Shown here: piece after piece, positions 17,573 to 28,949 of the stretch
Layout: each line of letters opens with the position of its first letter
Numbering within the stretch: the first letter of the stretch is position 1
Source of the DNA: a virus
Direction: 5' to 3' (one strand)
Length of the DNA stretch: 64,000 bases
IMG/VR virus record: IMGVR_UViG_3300027801_000011
Span: 51,310 to 115,309 of that record
Translations under genes and position numbers: made by a program
The notes under the pieces: generated by a model
Databases searched by the model: none
What the model was told of the DNA's origin: nothing
What the model saw: the letters and a program-made list of their open reading frames with translations, nothing else

Positions 17573-20500
17573 ATGCCAATTAAAACCGATTTAAATGTAA
17601 CGCCGTATTACGACGATTACAACGAAGAGAATAATTTTCATCAAATTCTCTCTAGGCCTGGTTATGCTATCCAAGCAAGAGAGTTAACTCAGATGCAATC
17701 CATCTTGAGGAATTCTGTAGAACATATTAGTAATTTTGTTTTGCAAGAAGGTTCCGTGGTGGTTCCTGGCCAACTGAGAGTTATGAATGATTTTAGTTTC
17801 ATTAAATTGGCGGCAGATTTCGGAGGAGAAGCAGTAGACGTTACTCAGTATCTTGGTACAGAAATTCAAGGTGTTACTTCTGGTGTTAAGGCACATGTAC
17901 AACATGTGATTGCTGGAACAACTACAGAACAGCCAACTCTCTATCTACGTTATACTTCAACTGGTTCTGATAATACATCCACAGTATTTAATGACGGTGA
18001 AATACTTAAAGCTAATTTAAAGTCTATAGTTAACGGTTCTACAACTTATGCTATCGGTGCTAATTCTGCTCAAGCACATAGTACTAAGGCAACAGGTCAA
18101 GGATTAGGCGCTGTTATACAATCTGGTATCTATTATCTAAGAGGTTGTTTTGTACATGTTGCAGAACAGACACTAATCATATCTAAGTATACTACCTTTG
18201 GGCCTGGAACTTCTGTACGGGTTGGTTTTACTGTTAAAGAAACTATTGTTACTCCAGAGACAAATACTACTCTACTAGACAATGCTTCTGGAACTTCCAA
18301 CTATGCAGCCAAAGGTGCTCATAGATTGCACATCGATGCGAAGTTATCTTTCCTACCAAAAGGATCAACTGATGATGGTAATTTTACTGAACTTATGATC
18401 ACGGATAATGGAATATCTGTTTCTCCTATCGACAGGGCTCAGTTAGGTTCCATAATAGATACCCTTGCTCGTAGGACTTATGACGAATCTGGTGATTACA
18501 CGGTTCGTAATTTCCAATATGAAAATATGGAATCGGTTACTCTTAATGAAAACCTTGGTGTTTATAATAAGGGTGATGTTACATCCGGCGGCAAAATAGC
18601 ATCAAATGCTTTGCTTGCTCTTAAAGTATCGCCTGGTAAAGCATATATCAGAGGTTTCGAGATTGAAAAATTAACGAATACTTTTGTAGACATCCCCAAA
18701 GCTAGAACGGTTAGTTCAATCAACGCTGGTGTTACAACATACGATATTGGTAACTTCCTAAACGTAACTAACGTATTTGGAACGCCTGACGTTTCATTTA
18801 TTAGTGGTGAGACTACTCCCTATAAACAAATCTCTTTGTTTGATGACGTTACCCAAATTAGGGGTGTATCATCTGGTAATCGTATTGGTGTGGCACGTGC
18901 AAGGACAATAGAATATTCTACTGGTACAGTTGGCCAAACGACTTCTGTGTTCAAGTGTTATTTGTTTGATATTCGCCCATTCACCCAATTAACATTGAGT
19001 GATACTCCTAGTCCTACCCTTGAAGCAAATCATGTTCTGGGTGGTGTACAGGTTAAGGGTGAAACCTCTAAAGCAACTGGTTGGGTATTTGCTGATGGTA
19101 CTTCTGGAGAAAACGTGTATCTCACAAATGTTTCTGGTATATTTAAAGATGGAGAAAAGATTACAGCCTCTGATTCAGTGGAATCAGACGGCATTGTAGA
19201 AAACTCTGGTAATGTAGACATTACTATCTTACGGTCACGTATTAACACGATTAGTGAAGCCCGTCAACTACACATGACAGATGTCGATAGTGGACAGAAC
19301 TTCTCAGCTGATATTGTTTTAAATGCTCTACCAACCACGGAGTCTTATTTGACTTTGGATGGTACAAATGAATTTGGATTGAATGGTAATGAGAATATTG
19401 TCGGAGAATTAGATAATGTTCCTATCGGCCTTAACCGTGGTGCTACTGGTGGTACAGGTTCTACTCTACCTCAGGCTAAATTGAAATTATCAGAAAAGAA
19501 TATTGGAGTATTTAAATTACCGAAGACAGGTATTAAAACTCATCTAACAACTGCTAATGCTGGTGCAAGTGATACTACTTATTACTTACGTAGACAATAT
19601 GTCACAACCTCATCCTCAGTTGGTGTCGTAACAATTAGTGCTGGAACGAATGAGGTGTTTACCTCTCACAGTGAAGTTGACTATACAGTTTCTATTCTTT
19701 CACAAGGTTCTGGTGGTCTAGGACAAGCTGGTGATATAGTTAGTGCGTCTACTGGTTTCTCTGGTGCTGGTACATCTACTGCCACTATCACGAATAATGA
19801 CATTTTTGGTAACGGTGCCAAGTTAAAGATCACCGCTACTCTGCTTAAGAGTTCTGCTAATGCTAAGACTAAGACTGTTAAACTAATGAAACAGATGAAA
19901 GTGGTTGGCGGCGCTACTGGTGCATATGGAACCAGACCAAAAGATAAAACTATCTCTCTAGGAAGGGCAGATTGTTTTAAACTTGTTGCCGTTCTAGACT
20001 CAGAGAGTGAGACTACTGATGCGGTTGCTCCATCTATGACACTGGGTACAATTATTGGTAACTTCATTAAAGGTGAAGAGATTATTGGTGATCAATCTGG
20101 CGCAGTAGGTAGAATTATAACAACATCTAGTCCTATGAAATTTGTTCGAAAACGTGGTACTACGGCAATCTTTACGTCTGGTGAAACAATTACAGGTTTC
20201 TCTAGTGGTGCGAAATGCCCAGTTCTTGTTGTAACAACTGGTGACACTAATATCACAGAACGATATGAACTTGATATGGGCCAACGAGATAACTACTATG
20301 ACATATCTAGAGTTGTTAGGAAACCAAATGTGGGTATGCCTCTTGGTAGAATTCTAGTTATTTATGACTATCTAGAACATGGTACAGGTGACTTCTTTAC
20401 AGTTGATTCCTATATTGATGTTGCTGACCAAATGACATATGAAGATATTCCAAAATACTCTGCTACAAAAGTCGATCCAGATGATCCAGCTCCAACTGGT

Positions 20501-23500
20501 GAGTATGATCTACAGGACGTTTTAGATATGCGGCCGAGGGTTGAAAATATTGCTGGAAGTTCTACAAACGTAGAATTAGTAGATTCGATAACAGGAAGCT
20601 CATTTGATTTTGCCAACAGGCAGTTTGATGGTACGGGTGCTTCTACTGTTAACTTTATGAAACCTGGCGGTTTGATTATAACTGATTTTGAATACTTCTT
20701 GCCTTATCGGGGTAGATTGTATCTAGAAAAATCTGGAAATATTAAATTTAAGGCTGGTACTGCTGATGAAAATCCAAGGATGCCTGATCCTGTAGCAGAC
20801 ACTATGCAACTTGCCACCATGCTTGTTCCTGCTTATACATTTAAACCTACAGATGTTAATGTTGTGAAAGAGAAGAATCGTAGATACACAATGAGGGACA
20901 TTGGTAAGTTAGACGAACGTCTTTCTCATGTAGAATACTATACTGCTCTAAGTCTACTGGAACGAGATGCTGAAAGTTTTCAGATACAGGACGCTAACGG
21001 ACTTGATAGATTTAAGTCTGGTTTCGTAGTCGATAGTTTCTCTGGTCATAAGATTGGTGATGCTAAACACAAAGATTATAAATGTTCTATTGATATGACT
21101 CTAAATGAACTGAGGCCTTTATGTTCTCCTAAGGCGATTAAGTTACAAGAGTCTATATCTACAGATGCTTTACGGACTTCTGCAAACTATTCTAAGAAGG
21201 GTGATCTTATTACTCTACCATATACAGAGGTTCTTTATCAAGAACAACCATATGCTTCTAGGGTGGAACGTGTTACACCATTGCTCATGTCTACTTGGAC
21301 AGGTCAGATTGATCTTGATCCAGCTGGAGATGAGTGGTTTGAAACTGAAACTGCTCCAGATTTAATTATTAATGTCGAAGGTAATTTTGATACTTTCTCT
21401 GCTGCTAACGCTCGATCTGTTGGCACAGTGTGGGGTGCTTGGTCAACTGTTTGGGGTGGTTCATCTTCTTCATCAACTTCAACCTTTACTGGAAACGCCA
21501 CGGTTACTCGTACAACTACAACTTCACGTGGAACAAGTAACCGTTCTGGTGTTCAGACGGACATTATACCACAGATTGACCTTGAGAGTCAAGGAACAAG
21601 AGTTATTCAACGTGCATTTATTCCTTTCATGAGGGCAGTTAATATAACCTTTACAGGGTTTGGGTTCTTCCCGAATATTAGATTGTATTGTTTCTTTGAT
21701 CAGAAAAATGTCAACTTGTATTGTACTCCTCTATCTGGATTCACTACAGACGCTGCTGATGTTAGTGGTGTGCCTGTTGCGGCTACACCGTTAATTACAA
21801 CTGCTTCTGGTGAGATTAAAGGTATACTCTCAATCCCCGATCCTAAAGTAACTGGTAATCCAAAATTTAGAACTGGTGAGATTGAATTTAGATTGACTTC
21901 TAGTTCTACTGATGTTAGAACCAAAGACCCAGAAACTGCTGGTACTACTACATTCCAAGCAGTGGGTATCTTAGAAACGGAACAAGAAACTATTATTGCT
22001 ACTCGTAATGCAAGAATGGTTAGTTCTTCCGTTAGTCAGTCCACTAGTGTAACTTCTAGATCAACGCAGCAAAGTATAGTGCAGATGGCGACGGGGGATG
22101 ATGGCGGTGGTTGTGGTGGTAATGATCCACTTGCTCAGACGTTTATTGTTAGTCCAAACCCGAAGGTCAACGAAACTTTTGACAACATGAACAACACTCG
22201 TTCATCTGGACGTTTCTTAACATCTATTGATGTATTTTTCTCTCATAAAGATGCTAACTTACCAGTGTGGATGGAAATCCATAATACAGAAAATGGTTTC
22301 CCAGGCAGTAAGATTTTGCCTTTTGCAAGAGTGGTTAAAAACCCAGCTGATATTAATATTTCTTCAGATGCCACAGTGGCGACTAGGTTTACTTTCCCTG
22401 CTCCTGTTTATGTCATGAGTGACAAAGAATATGCGATATGTCTCATGGCAACAACTCCAGAGTATAAAGTATTTATTTCTAGAATGGGTGAGACTGATAT
22501 TCTTGGTTCTCGTATGATTTCTAAACAACCTCACACGGGTACTTTATTTAAAGGACACAATAATAGAACTTGGGCTCCTTCTATGACGGAAGACCTCAAG
22601 TTTAGAATGAATGTTGCCAAATTTGATACTGGAACTATTGGTAATGTTACTCTACAGAATGCTGAGGTTCCTAAGAAAAACCTAGTGGTAAACCCATTTG
22701 TCTTTACTAATGGTAATACTGCTGTTCACATTGAACACATGAACCACGGTATGTATCTGAATACTAATAATGTTGTCATCTCTGGAATGGAATCTGGTGC
22801 TGAGACAACTCTTGCTTCTGCAATGGATGCTGCTGCAACAAGTTTAACATTAACTACCAGTACAGACTTTGATGATAGCTCTGGTAAATTTGCATATGAC
22901 TCTAGTAGTCAGTGGTGGCTTAAAATTGGTGATGAGATTATGAAATATAGTACCATTTCTGGTACTGCTGTTTCTAGTATAACAAGGGCTCAAAGTAGTA
23001 CCGCTGCTGTCTCTCATGCGGCTGGTAGTAAAGTTGAACTCTATATCTTGCATAAAGTTCCACTGCACGAAATAAATAAAACTCATGAGTCACTTGATAA
23101 TATTGGTATGGACTCATACACAGTATTGTTGACCACAGCACCTACAATTGTTGGTGGTGCATTAACTGCTACTAATGGTGGTCAAAATGTCTTTGCCACA
23201 GAGAATATAACTATGGATACAATCAATCCAATTATCTCTTCTATGGAATTGCCTGAAACAAATATGGCTGCAAATATTTTGCCGATGTCTGCTACTTCTC
23301 CAAGTGGCGATCAATCATCCTTTGTACCTACCTCAGCTGCAAATAAAATACCTATTGACTTCAATATCGATACAGATTTTGAGGAACCGTTTATGGTTGC
23401 TTCTGCGATTAATGAACAGAAAGAGAACGCTGCAAACAAATCTCTTAATATTGAAATTGCTCTAACTAGTGCTAACGAAGATGTTTCTCCCGTCATTGAT

Positions 23501-23995
23501 ATGGGAAGGGCATCATTAATGTGTGCCGCTAATAGACTTAATGTTATTGATTCTGCAACGGATGTTTATCCTCAATCAGATTGGAATTCCTCTCTTGATC
23601 CTATTGGTGATGATAATGCCGCAATTTATTTAACCAAGAAAATATCCCTAGAGAATCCTGCCACCGCTATAAAAGTATTCTTTGCTGGCCATAGACATTC
23701 TAGTGCCGATATAGAAGTTTACTATAAGATTTTGAGATCAGATGATGCGTCTGAATTTGATGATTTGAGTTACGTTGCATTTAATGGAACTGGTGGCCCA
23801 GATCAACACACTAATGCATCTACGACAAAACAAAGTTTCACGGAATACTTGTACAGTGCTGGTGTGAATGACGATGGTGATGGAACTCCTTTGGATGAGT
23901 TTATATCTTTTCAGATTAAGATCGTCATGAAAGGAACTAATACAGCAGAACCGCCTAGGATTAAAGAACTTAGAGCAATAGCATTGGCGATGTGA
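17573..23995 (+). CDS. Large virion structural protein, VrlC/DUF4815 family
   Basis: PYYDDY..RPGYAIQARELTQMQSIL, LARRTYDESGDY, RRYTMRDIGKL..EYYTALSLLE, RFKSGFVVDSF, DPLAQTF, PPRIKELRAIALA. Confidence 0.9.
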   Translation: MPIKTDLNVTPYYDDYNEENNFHQILSRPGYAIQARELTQMQSILRNSVEHISNFVLQEGSVVVPGQLRVMNDFSFIKLAADFGGEAVDVTQYLGTEIQGVTSGVKAHVQHVIAGTTTEQPTLYLRYTSTGSDNTSTVFNDGEILKANLKSIVNGSTTYAIGANSAQAHSTKATGQGLGAVIQSGIYYLRGCFVHVAEQTLIISKYTTFGPGTSVRVGFTVKETIVTPETNTTLLDNASGTSNYAAKGAHRLHIDAKLSFLPKGSTDDGNFTELMITDNGISVSPIDRAQLGSIIDTLARRTYDESGDYTVRNFQYENMESVTLNENLGVYNKGDVTSGGKIASNALLALKVSPGKAYIRGFEIEKLTNTFVDIPKARTVSSINAGVTTYDIGNFLNVTNVFGTPDVSFISGETTPYKQISLFDDVTQIRGVSSGNRIGVARARTIEYSTGTVGQTTSVFKCYLFDIRPFTQLTLSDTPSPTLEANHVLGGVQVKGETSKATGWVFADGTSGENVYLTNVSGIFKDGEKITASDSVESDGIVENSGNVDITILRSRINTISEARQLHMTDVDSGQNFSADIVLNALPTTESYLTLDGTNEFGLNGNENIVGELDNVPIGLNRGATGGTGSTLPQAKLKLSEKNIGVFKLPKTGIKTHLTTANAGASDTTYYLRRQYVTTSSSVGVVTISAGTNEVFTSHSEVDYTVSILSQGSGGLGQAGDIVSASTGFSGAGTSTATITNNDIFGNGAKLKITATLLKSSANAKTKTVKLMKQMKVVGGATGAYGTRPKDKTISLGRADCFKLVAVLDSESETTDAVAPSMTLGTIIGNFIKGEEIIGDQSGAVGRIITTSSPMKFVRKRGTTAIFTSGETITGFSSGAKCPVLVVTTGDTNITERYELDMGQRDNYYDISRVVRKPNVGMPLGRILVIYDYLEHGTGDFFTVDSYIDVADQMTYEDIPKYSATKVDPDDPAPTGEYDLQDVLDMRPRVENIAGSSTNVELVDSITGSSFDFANRQFDGTGASTVNFMKPGGLIITDFEYFLPYRGRLYLEKSGNIKFKAGTADENPRMPDPVADTMQLATMLVPAYTFKPTDVNVVKEKNRRYTMRDIGKLDERLSHVEYYTALSLLERDAESFQIQDANGLDRFKSGFVVDSFSGHKIGDAKHKDYKCSIDMTLNELRPLCSPKAIKLQESISTDALRTSANYSKKGDLITLPYTEVLYQEQPYASRVERVTPLLMSTWTGQIDLDPAGDEWFETETAPDLIINVEGNFDTFSAANARSVGTVWGAWSTVWGGSSSSSTSTFTGNATVTRTTTTSRGTSNRSGVQTDIIPQIDLESQGTRVIQRAFIPFMRAVNITFTGFGFFPNIRLYCFFDQKNVNLYCTPLSGFTTDAADVSGVPVAATPLITTASGEIKGILSIPDPKVTGNPKFRTGEIEFRLTSSSTDVRTKDPETAGTTTFQAVGILETEQETIIATRNARMVSSSVSQSTSVTSRSTQQSIVQMATGDDGGGCGGNDPLAQTFIVSPNPKVNETFDNMNNTRSSGRFLTSIDVFFSHKDANLPVWMEIHNTENGFPGSKILPFARVVKNPADINISSDATVATRFTFPAPVYVMSDKEYAICLMATTPEYKVFISRMGETDILGSRMISKQPHTGTLFKGHNNRTWAPSMTEDLKFRMNVAKFDTGTIGNVTLQNAEVPKKNLVVNPFVFTNGNTAVHIEHMNHGMYLNTNNVVISGMESGAETTLASAMDAAATSLTLTTSTDFDDSSGKFAYDSSSQWWLKIGDEIMKYSTISGTAVSSITRAQSSTAAVSHAAGSKVELYILHKVPLHEINKTHESLDNIGMDSYTVLLTTAPTIVGGALTATNGGQNVFATENITMDTINPIISSMELPETNMAANILPMSATSPSGDQSSFVPTSAANKIPIDFNIDTDFEEPFMVASAINEQKENAANKSLNIEIALTSANEDVSPVIDMGRASLMCAANRLNVIDSATDVYPQSDWNSSLDPIGDDNAAIYLTKKISLENPATAIKVFFAGHRHSSADIEVYYKILRSDDASEFDDLSYVAFNGTGGPDQHTNASTTKQSFTEYLYSAGVNDDGDGTPLDEFISFQIKIVMKGTNTAEPPRIKELRAIALAM

Positions 23996-23996
23996 T

Positions 23997-24233
23997 ATGA
24001 GCGAATCAAAATTAATATCTGTTGAAGGAAAACCTGCTCTTGTAAGAGAGGAAGCTTCTGGTGCAATTATAAATAGGGATAGAGATGCTTATGATCAGGC
24101 AGTTAAGAGGGCTCGTTCAGCATCCGATCAAAGAGATGCTATAAGAGACACAACAAGAGAGATAAATACATTAAAGTGCGAAATGCATGAAATTAAAAGT
24201 CTATTACAATCTCTAGTGGAAGGTAAAAATTAA
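23997..24233 (+). CDS. Small conserved protein following VrlC
   Basis: VEG...LVREEASGAIIN and C-terminal coiled coil EINTLKCEMHEIKSLLQSL. Confidence 0.8.
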   Translation: MSESKLISVEGKPALVREEASGAIINRDRDAYDQAVKRARSASDQRDAIRDTTREINTLKCEMHEIKSLLQSLVEGKN

Positions 24234-27200
24234 ATGGCTATTACAGCATCACAGTTAACGACATCTCAAACTCTAGAAGAGTTTAGATTAGAATATAACA
24301 AGCTTCAAGACGATGTGACTATCCTAAAAGATAATCCCACTTTTGGATCAAATCTCGTTTTCGAAGGTGCTATAGCTGATGCCCATGAAACGACACTCTC
24401 TGTTGTAAACCCCACAGCGGATCGAACTGTACTTGTTCCAGATTCTAGTGGTACTATATTTCTATCAGACACAACCCCCCTAAGAATTGCTGATGGTGGT
24501 ACTATTGGTTCTGTATCAGACGCTGACTCTATGACAATTGCTAGTACGGGTGTAATTACCTTTAGTCAGAAAAATAACTTCACACTAGGTATGACTGTTA
24601 ATGACGGTCAAACAATCGGTTCTGTTAGTACTGCCGCTGCAATGACAATTGCTTCTACAGGTATTGTAACATTTATTGATGATATCCTTATCAAAGATGA
24701 TGGAACTATTGGTTCTGCTTCGGCAACCACTGCCATGACAATTGGTTCTGGTGGTATAGTAACATTCGTAGATGACATCATAATCAAAGACGTTGGAACA
24801 ATTGGTTCTGCCACAACACCTGGCGCTATGACAATAGCTGCAAATGGAACCGTTACTTTTGCTGTAGGGCCCGTATATCCCGATGGTTCAATAGTCCTTC
24901 TGGATATAGACATTGATGGTGGAACAGACATTGGTGCTGATCTTGTTGATGCCGATCTAATTATTGTCGATGATGGCGCTAATGGTACAAACAGAAAAAG
25001 TGCTGTATCACGAATTAAAACCTATATTGCTGACGTTACACTAACAACGCCTGCTCAACCAAATATTACTTCACTAGGAACACTTACTACACTTACTGTT
25101 GATAACGTAATTATCAATGGAGCGACAGTTGGACATACAGGTGATACTGATTTAATGACATTAGCAGATCAGTTGGTAACTGTTGCTGGCGCTTTAACTG
25201 CTACAGGAGTTGTGACTGCTGGTGGATTTACAATTGGTTCTGCTGTAATAAATGAAGCAGACCTAGAAGCGATTGATGGTATAACTGCCGGAACGGCTGC
25301 TGCTTCAAAAGCACTAGTACTAGATGCTAATGGTGATATCGTAATCGCAGACGGCGACAAGTTCAACTTCGGCGGTGGTAGTGATATGATAATATACCAT
25401 GACGCTGCAAATTCTTATATCACTAACAAAACGGGTATAATGAAACTTGCAACGGAAACTTCTGGTATTGCGGTGACGATTGGTCACACTACATCTGAAG
25501 TAACAATCGGAGATAACCTAACTGTTGCTGGTAACTTAACAGTTCAAGGAACTCAGACTGTTGTTGATACCGTAACCATGAACGCAGCTAATGCTATTAT
25601 ATTTGAGGGTGCTACGCCAGATGAATGGGAAACCACCCTAACAATAACAGACCCTACTGCTGATAGAACAATTACTCTACCAAATGAAACTGGTACTGTA
25701 CATACTTCTGGTGGAAGTATTACAATCCCAGATGCTGGAACCATAGGTTCGGCCTCATCAACTAGTGCTATTACAATTGCTAGTAACGGTGTTGTTTCTT
25801 TTAGTAGTCACATCAAAATAGCTGATGCTGGTACAATCGGTTCTGCTAGTGCAACGGATGCGATGACAATTGCATCAACTGGTATCGTAACATTTAAAGA
25901 CGATATTCTACTCAAAGATGCTGGCACAATCGGTGTCGCAAGTTCTACTTCTGCCATAACAATTGCTTCTACTGGTATTGTTTCTTTTGTAGACGATATC
26001 GCAATTAAAGACGGTGGAACAATAGGAACTGCTACTGATGCTGACTCAATTACGATTGCATCTGATGGTGTAGTTACACTCAGTCAAAGAAGTGTTCACA
26101 ATGCTGGTATAACAATTAATAATGCTGGAGAAATTGGTTCTGTAGGTGATCCAGATGCAATGTCCATTACCAATGTTGGTGTAGTAACTTTCAGTCAAAG
26201 AGATATTCATAGTGCTGGTATAACACTTGCCGATGATGGTCAGATAGGTTCTGCCTCTGATGCAGATTCAATAGCAATCGCTTCAACAGGCCTTGTATCA
26301 TTTAGTCAAGGTGTGTCCCTTATTGGTGACGAAATGGAATTACGTTGGTATGAAGGTTCGAACTATGTTGGATTTGCTGCACACAGTACACTCGCTGGAA
26401 ATCAGATTTGGAAATTGCCTGTTGCAGATGCTTCTTCTAGCGGTGACGCTTTGGTTTCTGATGGTGCTGGTAATCTTTCATTCTCTGGTACAGTAGGAAG
26501 TAATGCCGCAAGCTTTACTCTGATTGCAACTAATACTACAGACGCAACTCATTTCCCAGTATTTGTTGATACTGCTACGGGTAATGAAAATCCAAGAACA
26601 GACACAGGGTATACTTACAATCCTAATAGTGGAACATTAACATCCACAATATTTGCTGGTAACGTAACGGGTAACTTGACAGGTACAGTTAATACCGCAG
26701 CTCAAGGAAGTATAACTTCATTGGGTACTCTAACAAGTCTCGTAATTGCAGATGCTGGAACCATAGGTTCAGCCTCTGATACAGATGCAATGACGATCAG
26801 TTCTGCTGGTGTTGTTACATTCTCTTCTGATATTGTAGTTACAGGAACCACAACCCTTAACGGTAACTTGGTTCTGGGCGATGCGGCTGCCGATACATTA
26901 ACAATCGGGGCAACAATTGCTGGTGCAACACCTCTAGTATTTGAGGGTGGTACTCCTAATGATCACGAAACATCTTTTGCCTTTACTAATCCTACTGCTG
27001 ATCGTACTATCACTTTTCCAGATCAAACTGGTACTGTACATACTTCTGGTGGTAGTATCCAAATTCCAGACGGTGGAACAATAGGAACTGCTACTGATGC
27101 TGACTCTATGACAATTGCATCTGCTGGTGTAGTTACCTTTAGTCAGATACCAATTCTGCCAGCTTCTTCAATTCCCGTTGGCGCCTTGGTAGATGATTCA

Positions 27201-27323
27201 ATAACAGAAGCAAAAATGGCCGATGATGCGATTAGTTCTGTACAGTTAAAAACTCTATCAACTCTGTTAATTAAAAATTCTAGTGGTACAACACTGAAAA
27301 CAATGCATACGGCGGGGGCATAA
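24234..27323 (+). CDS. Repeat-rich tail fibre/whisker-like protein
   Basis: N-terminal TLEEFRLEYN anchor; 12 copies of an approximately 31-aa IxDxGTIGSxxxxxAMTIASxGxVTF repeat; three FEG..ETTL....PTADRT modules. Confidence 0.8.
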   Translation: MAITASQLTTSQTLEEFRLEYNKLQDDVTILKDNPTFGSNLVFEGAIADAHETTLSVVNPTADRTVLVPDSSGTIFLSDTTPLRIADGGTIGSVSDADSMTIASTGVITFSQKNNFTLGMTVNDGQTIGSVSTAAAMTIASTGIVTFIDDILIKDDGTIGSASATTAMTIGSGGIVTFVDDIIIKDVGTIGSATTPGAMTIAANGTVTFAVGPVYPDGSIVLLDIDIDGGTDIGADLVDADLIIVDDGANGTNRKSAVSRIKTYIADVTLTTPAQPNITSLGTLTTLTVDNVIINGATVGHTGDTDLMTLADQLVTVAGALTATGVVTAGGFTIGSAVINEADLEAIDGITAGTAAASKALVLDANGDIVIADGDKFNFGGGSDMIIYHDAANSYITNKTGIMKLATETSGIAVTIGHTTSEVTIGDNLTVAGNLTVQGTQTVVDTVTMNAANAIIFEGATPDEWETTLTITDPTADRTITLPNETGTVHTSGGSITIPDAGTIGSASSTSAITIASNGVVSFSSHIKIADAGTIGSASATDAMTIASTGIVTFKDDILLKDAGTIGVASSTSAITIASTGIVSFVDDIAIKDGGTIGTATDADSITIASDGVVTLSQRSVHNAGITINNAGEIGSVGDPDAMSITNVGVVTFSQRDIHSAGITLADDGQIGSASDADSIAIASTGLVSFSQGVSLIGDEMELRWYEGSNYVGFAAHSTLAGNQIWKLPVADASSSGDALVSDGAGNLSFSGTVGSNAASFTLIATNTTDATHFPVFVDTATGNENPRTDTGYTYNPNSGTLTSTIFAGNVTGNLTGTVNTAAQGSITSLGTLTSLVIADAGTIGSASDTDAMTISSAGVVTFSSDIVVTGTTTLNGNLVLGDAAADTLTIGATIAGATPLVFEGGTPNDHETSFAFTNPTADRTITFPDQTGTVHTSGGSIQIPDGGTIGTATDADSMTIASAGVVTFSQIPILPASSIPVGALVDDSITEAKMADDAISSVQLKTLSTLLIKNSSGTTLKTMHTAGA
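26009..26047 (+). repeat. 39-bp exact direct repeat inside the fibre gene (second copy 27068-27106)
   Basis: AGACGGTGGAACAATAGGAACTGCTACTGATGCTGACTC appears twice; a 28-bp repeat also occurs at 25687-25714 and 27025-27052. Confidence 0.85.
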
Positions 27324-27346
27324 ATAATGTATAAGGAGATTATCCA

Positions 27347-28300
27347 TTGACTGTTCGAACGCCATTAAAACTTGACGGAAGTAACGATCTTCAAGAAATG
27401 ACTGCTGGTGAAATTCTTTTGGTACAACAAAAGATGATCTATACCTATGCTGGCAATCCTACTGCACAATTGACATATGTAAGTGCTAGTGGTGCTTTGA
27501 TCGCTGCTATTAGTGATACAAGATTGCAAGCTGGTGCAAGGTCACAGTCTTCAACTGCTTTTGTTGCAGAAGGATCAACTGCTGAACCTTCTACTGTTAC
27601 AGTGTCCCACGATAAAGTAAACTTGGGGTATGTTGTTACAGGAAGTATTGCCAACCCTGCCGATGATGGAACAACTTTCCCTGTGTATTATGATTCCTCT
27701 ACTTCTTCTATTCAAGCAATGACTTTAGCAGATACCTTAGATACCTTTGTGTATCCTGCTGTTGATCTAATGGTTGTTAGTTCTGAAAGTGGAAACACAG
27801 GTGGAACTTATACAATAACAACTTCTGCTACTGCTGCTTCTGGTTACACACAAGTAAGTGCCAATCCTATTTTTACCGACACAAGAGCAAATACGGGCGC
27901 ATATTCTGCTGCTGGTATTCCAGAAACATTAGATCAACCAACTACGATTACAAGTTATTACTTACACAGACGGAATGGTACAGATGTTACGGTCAATGCA
28001 CCACCCTTAGTTATTAACGCTCAGAATGATCTTCAACAGATGAGTGATGCAACAATCGCTTCAGAACTTGCTAATTGGTTGAGATATACAGCGGCCCACA
28101 ATGCTGCTGGTTACAAGATTAATTACCTCATGGCCTCAAGTGGAGGCGCTACAAGAGGAACTGCTATTGTTGATACTAGACTAAATGGTGCTGGTGCTTA
28201 TGGAACATTACAAGTTGGTGATGATTACCGTTCACAAGAATTTCCAAATGGATCAGCTGCAACCATAGCTACGTATAACCTACGTATAGTTAAAGCATAA
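27347..28300 (+). CDS. Putative virion structural protein (fibre-tip/associated), TTG start
   Basis: AAGGAG RBS 8 nt before TTG; CATAAATA at 27319; Thr/Ser/Ala-rich with an internal duplication (PLKLDGSNDLQEM / PLVINAQNDLQQM; DTRL twice). Confidence 0.7.
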   Translation: MTVRTPLKLDGSNDLQEMTAGEILLVQQKMIYTYAGNPTAQLTYVSASGALIAAISDTRLQAGARSQSSTAFVAEGSTAEPSTVTVSHDKVNLGYVVTGSIANPADDGTTFPVYYDSSTSSIQAMTLADTLDTFVYPAVDLMVVSSESGNTGGTYTITTSATAASGYTQVSANPIFTDTRANTGAYSAAGIPETLDQPTTITSYYLHRRNGTDVTVNAPPLVINAQNDLQQMSDATIASELANWLRYTAAHNAAGYKINYLMASSGGATRGTAIVDTRLNGAGAYGTLQVGDDYRSQEFPNGSAATIATYNLRIVKA

Positions 28301-28320
28301 ATAAAGGATAGGAGATAATA

Positions 28321-28896
28321 ATGGCTGATAACGACTATAAACCGATTGCCGGTGAACCTTTCCCTTTTTGTGGTAGGATCGTAGAGGCATACTATACGAA
28401 TCCAGAATTGGATACGGTAGCTGTTCTGTGGCATGATACAGGCGATTCAGCTGAAACACAAACATTGCGAGAGTATTACATTGCAGTTGATGAGGAAAAT
28501 GAACAATTTCAGTATCTACTGAAGGAATTTAGTTATGACTCTATTGATGAGTGTACACGTGATCGCAATGAAGCAACCAGAACAGAATTTAGAGATGCTT
28601 TTCATAGGTATGCTACAGAGAATAATTTATATGGTCATGGGGATGATGGAACCAATCGGGCGCCTGAACCAGAAGCAATGGTAGCGCCGGCAGAAGAAAC
28701 TATGCCATCTGTAGATATTATGTTTGAGTATGATGAAGAAGATGAAGTCCAAAAAGAATCTTTGTTTAAAATGAAACTAAAAATGTTCGAACAGGACGTA
28801 ATCCAAAAAAGCAAAGCAAAGGTTAAAAAAGCTGCAATCCGTAAAGCAAAAACTCCATTGGAGGCTCTAGTAGCATATTCCGCTTTTATCAAATAG
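28321..28896 (+). CDS. Hypothetical protein (late; possible fibre assembly factor)
   Basis: AGGAG RBS and CATAAATA at 28296; acidic body with a basic C-terminus. Confidence 0.7.
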   Translation: MADNDYKPIAGEPFPFCGRIVEAYYTNPELDTVAVLWHDTGDSAETQTLREYYIAVDEENEQFQYLLKEFSYDSIDECTRDRNEATRTEFRDAFHRYATENNLYGHGDDGTNRAPEPEAMVAPAEETMPSVDIMFEYDEEDEVQKESLFKMKLKMFEQDVIQKSKAKVKKAAIRKAKTPLEALVAYSAFIK

Positions 28897-28900
28897 GTAC

Positions 28901-28929
28901 TTGACTTTAATTATAACTTGTGATATGAT
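28901..28929 (+). promoter_or_regulatory. sigma70-type promoter heading the tailoring-enzyme operon
   Basis: TTGACT 28901-28906, 17 nt, TG-A-TATGAT ending 28929. Confidence 0.75.
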
Positions 28930-28949
28930 GTTCTTATTTGTGGGAGTAG

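Noticed and set aside
24234-27323. CRISPR array or DGR template/variable repeat
   Set aside because: The repeats are in-frame coding modules without regular spacers or adenine-specific mismatches, and there is no reverse transcriptase or cas gene in the window.
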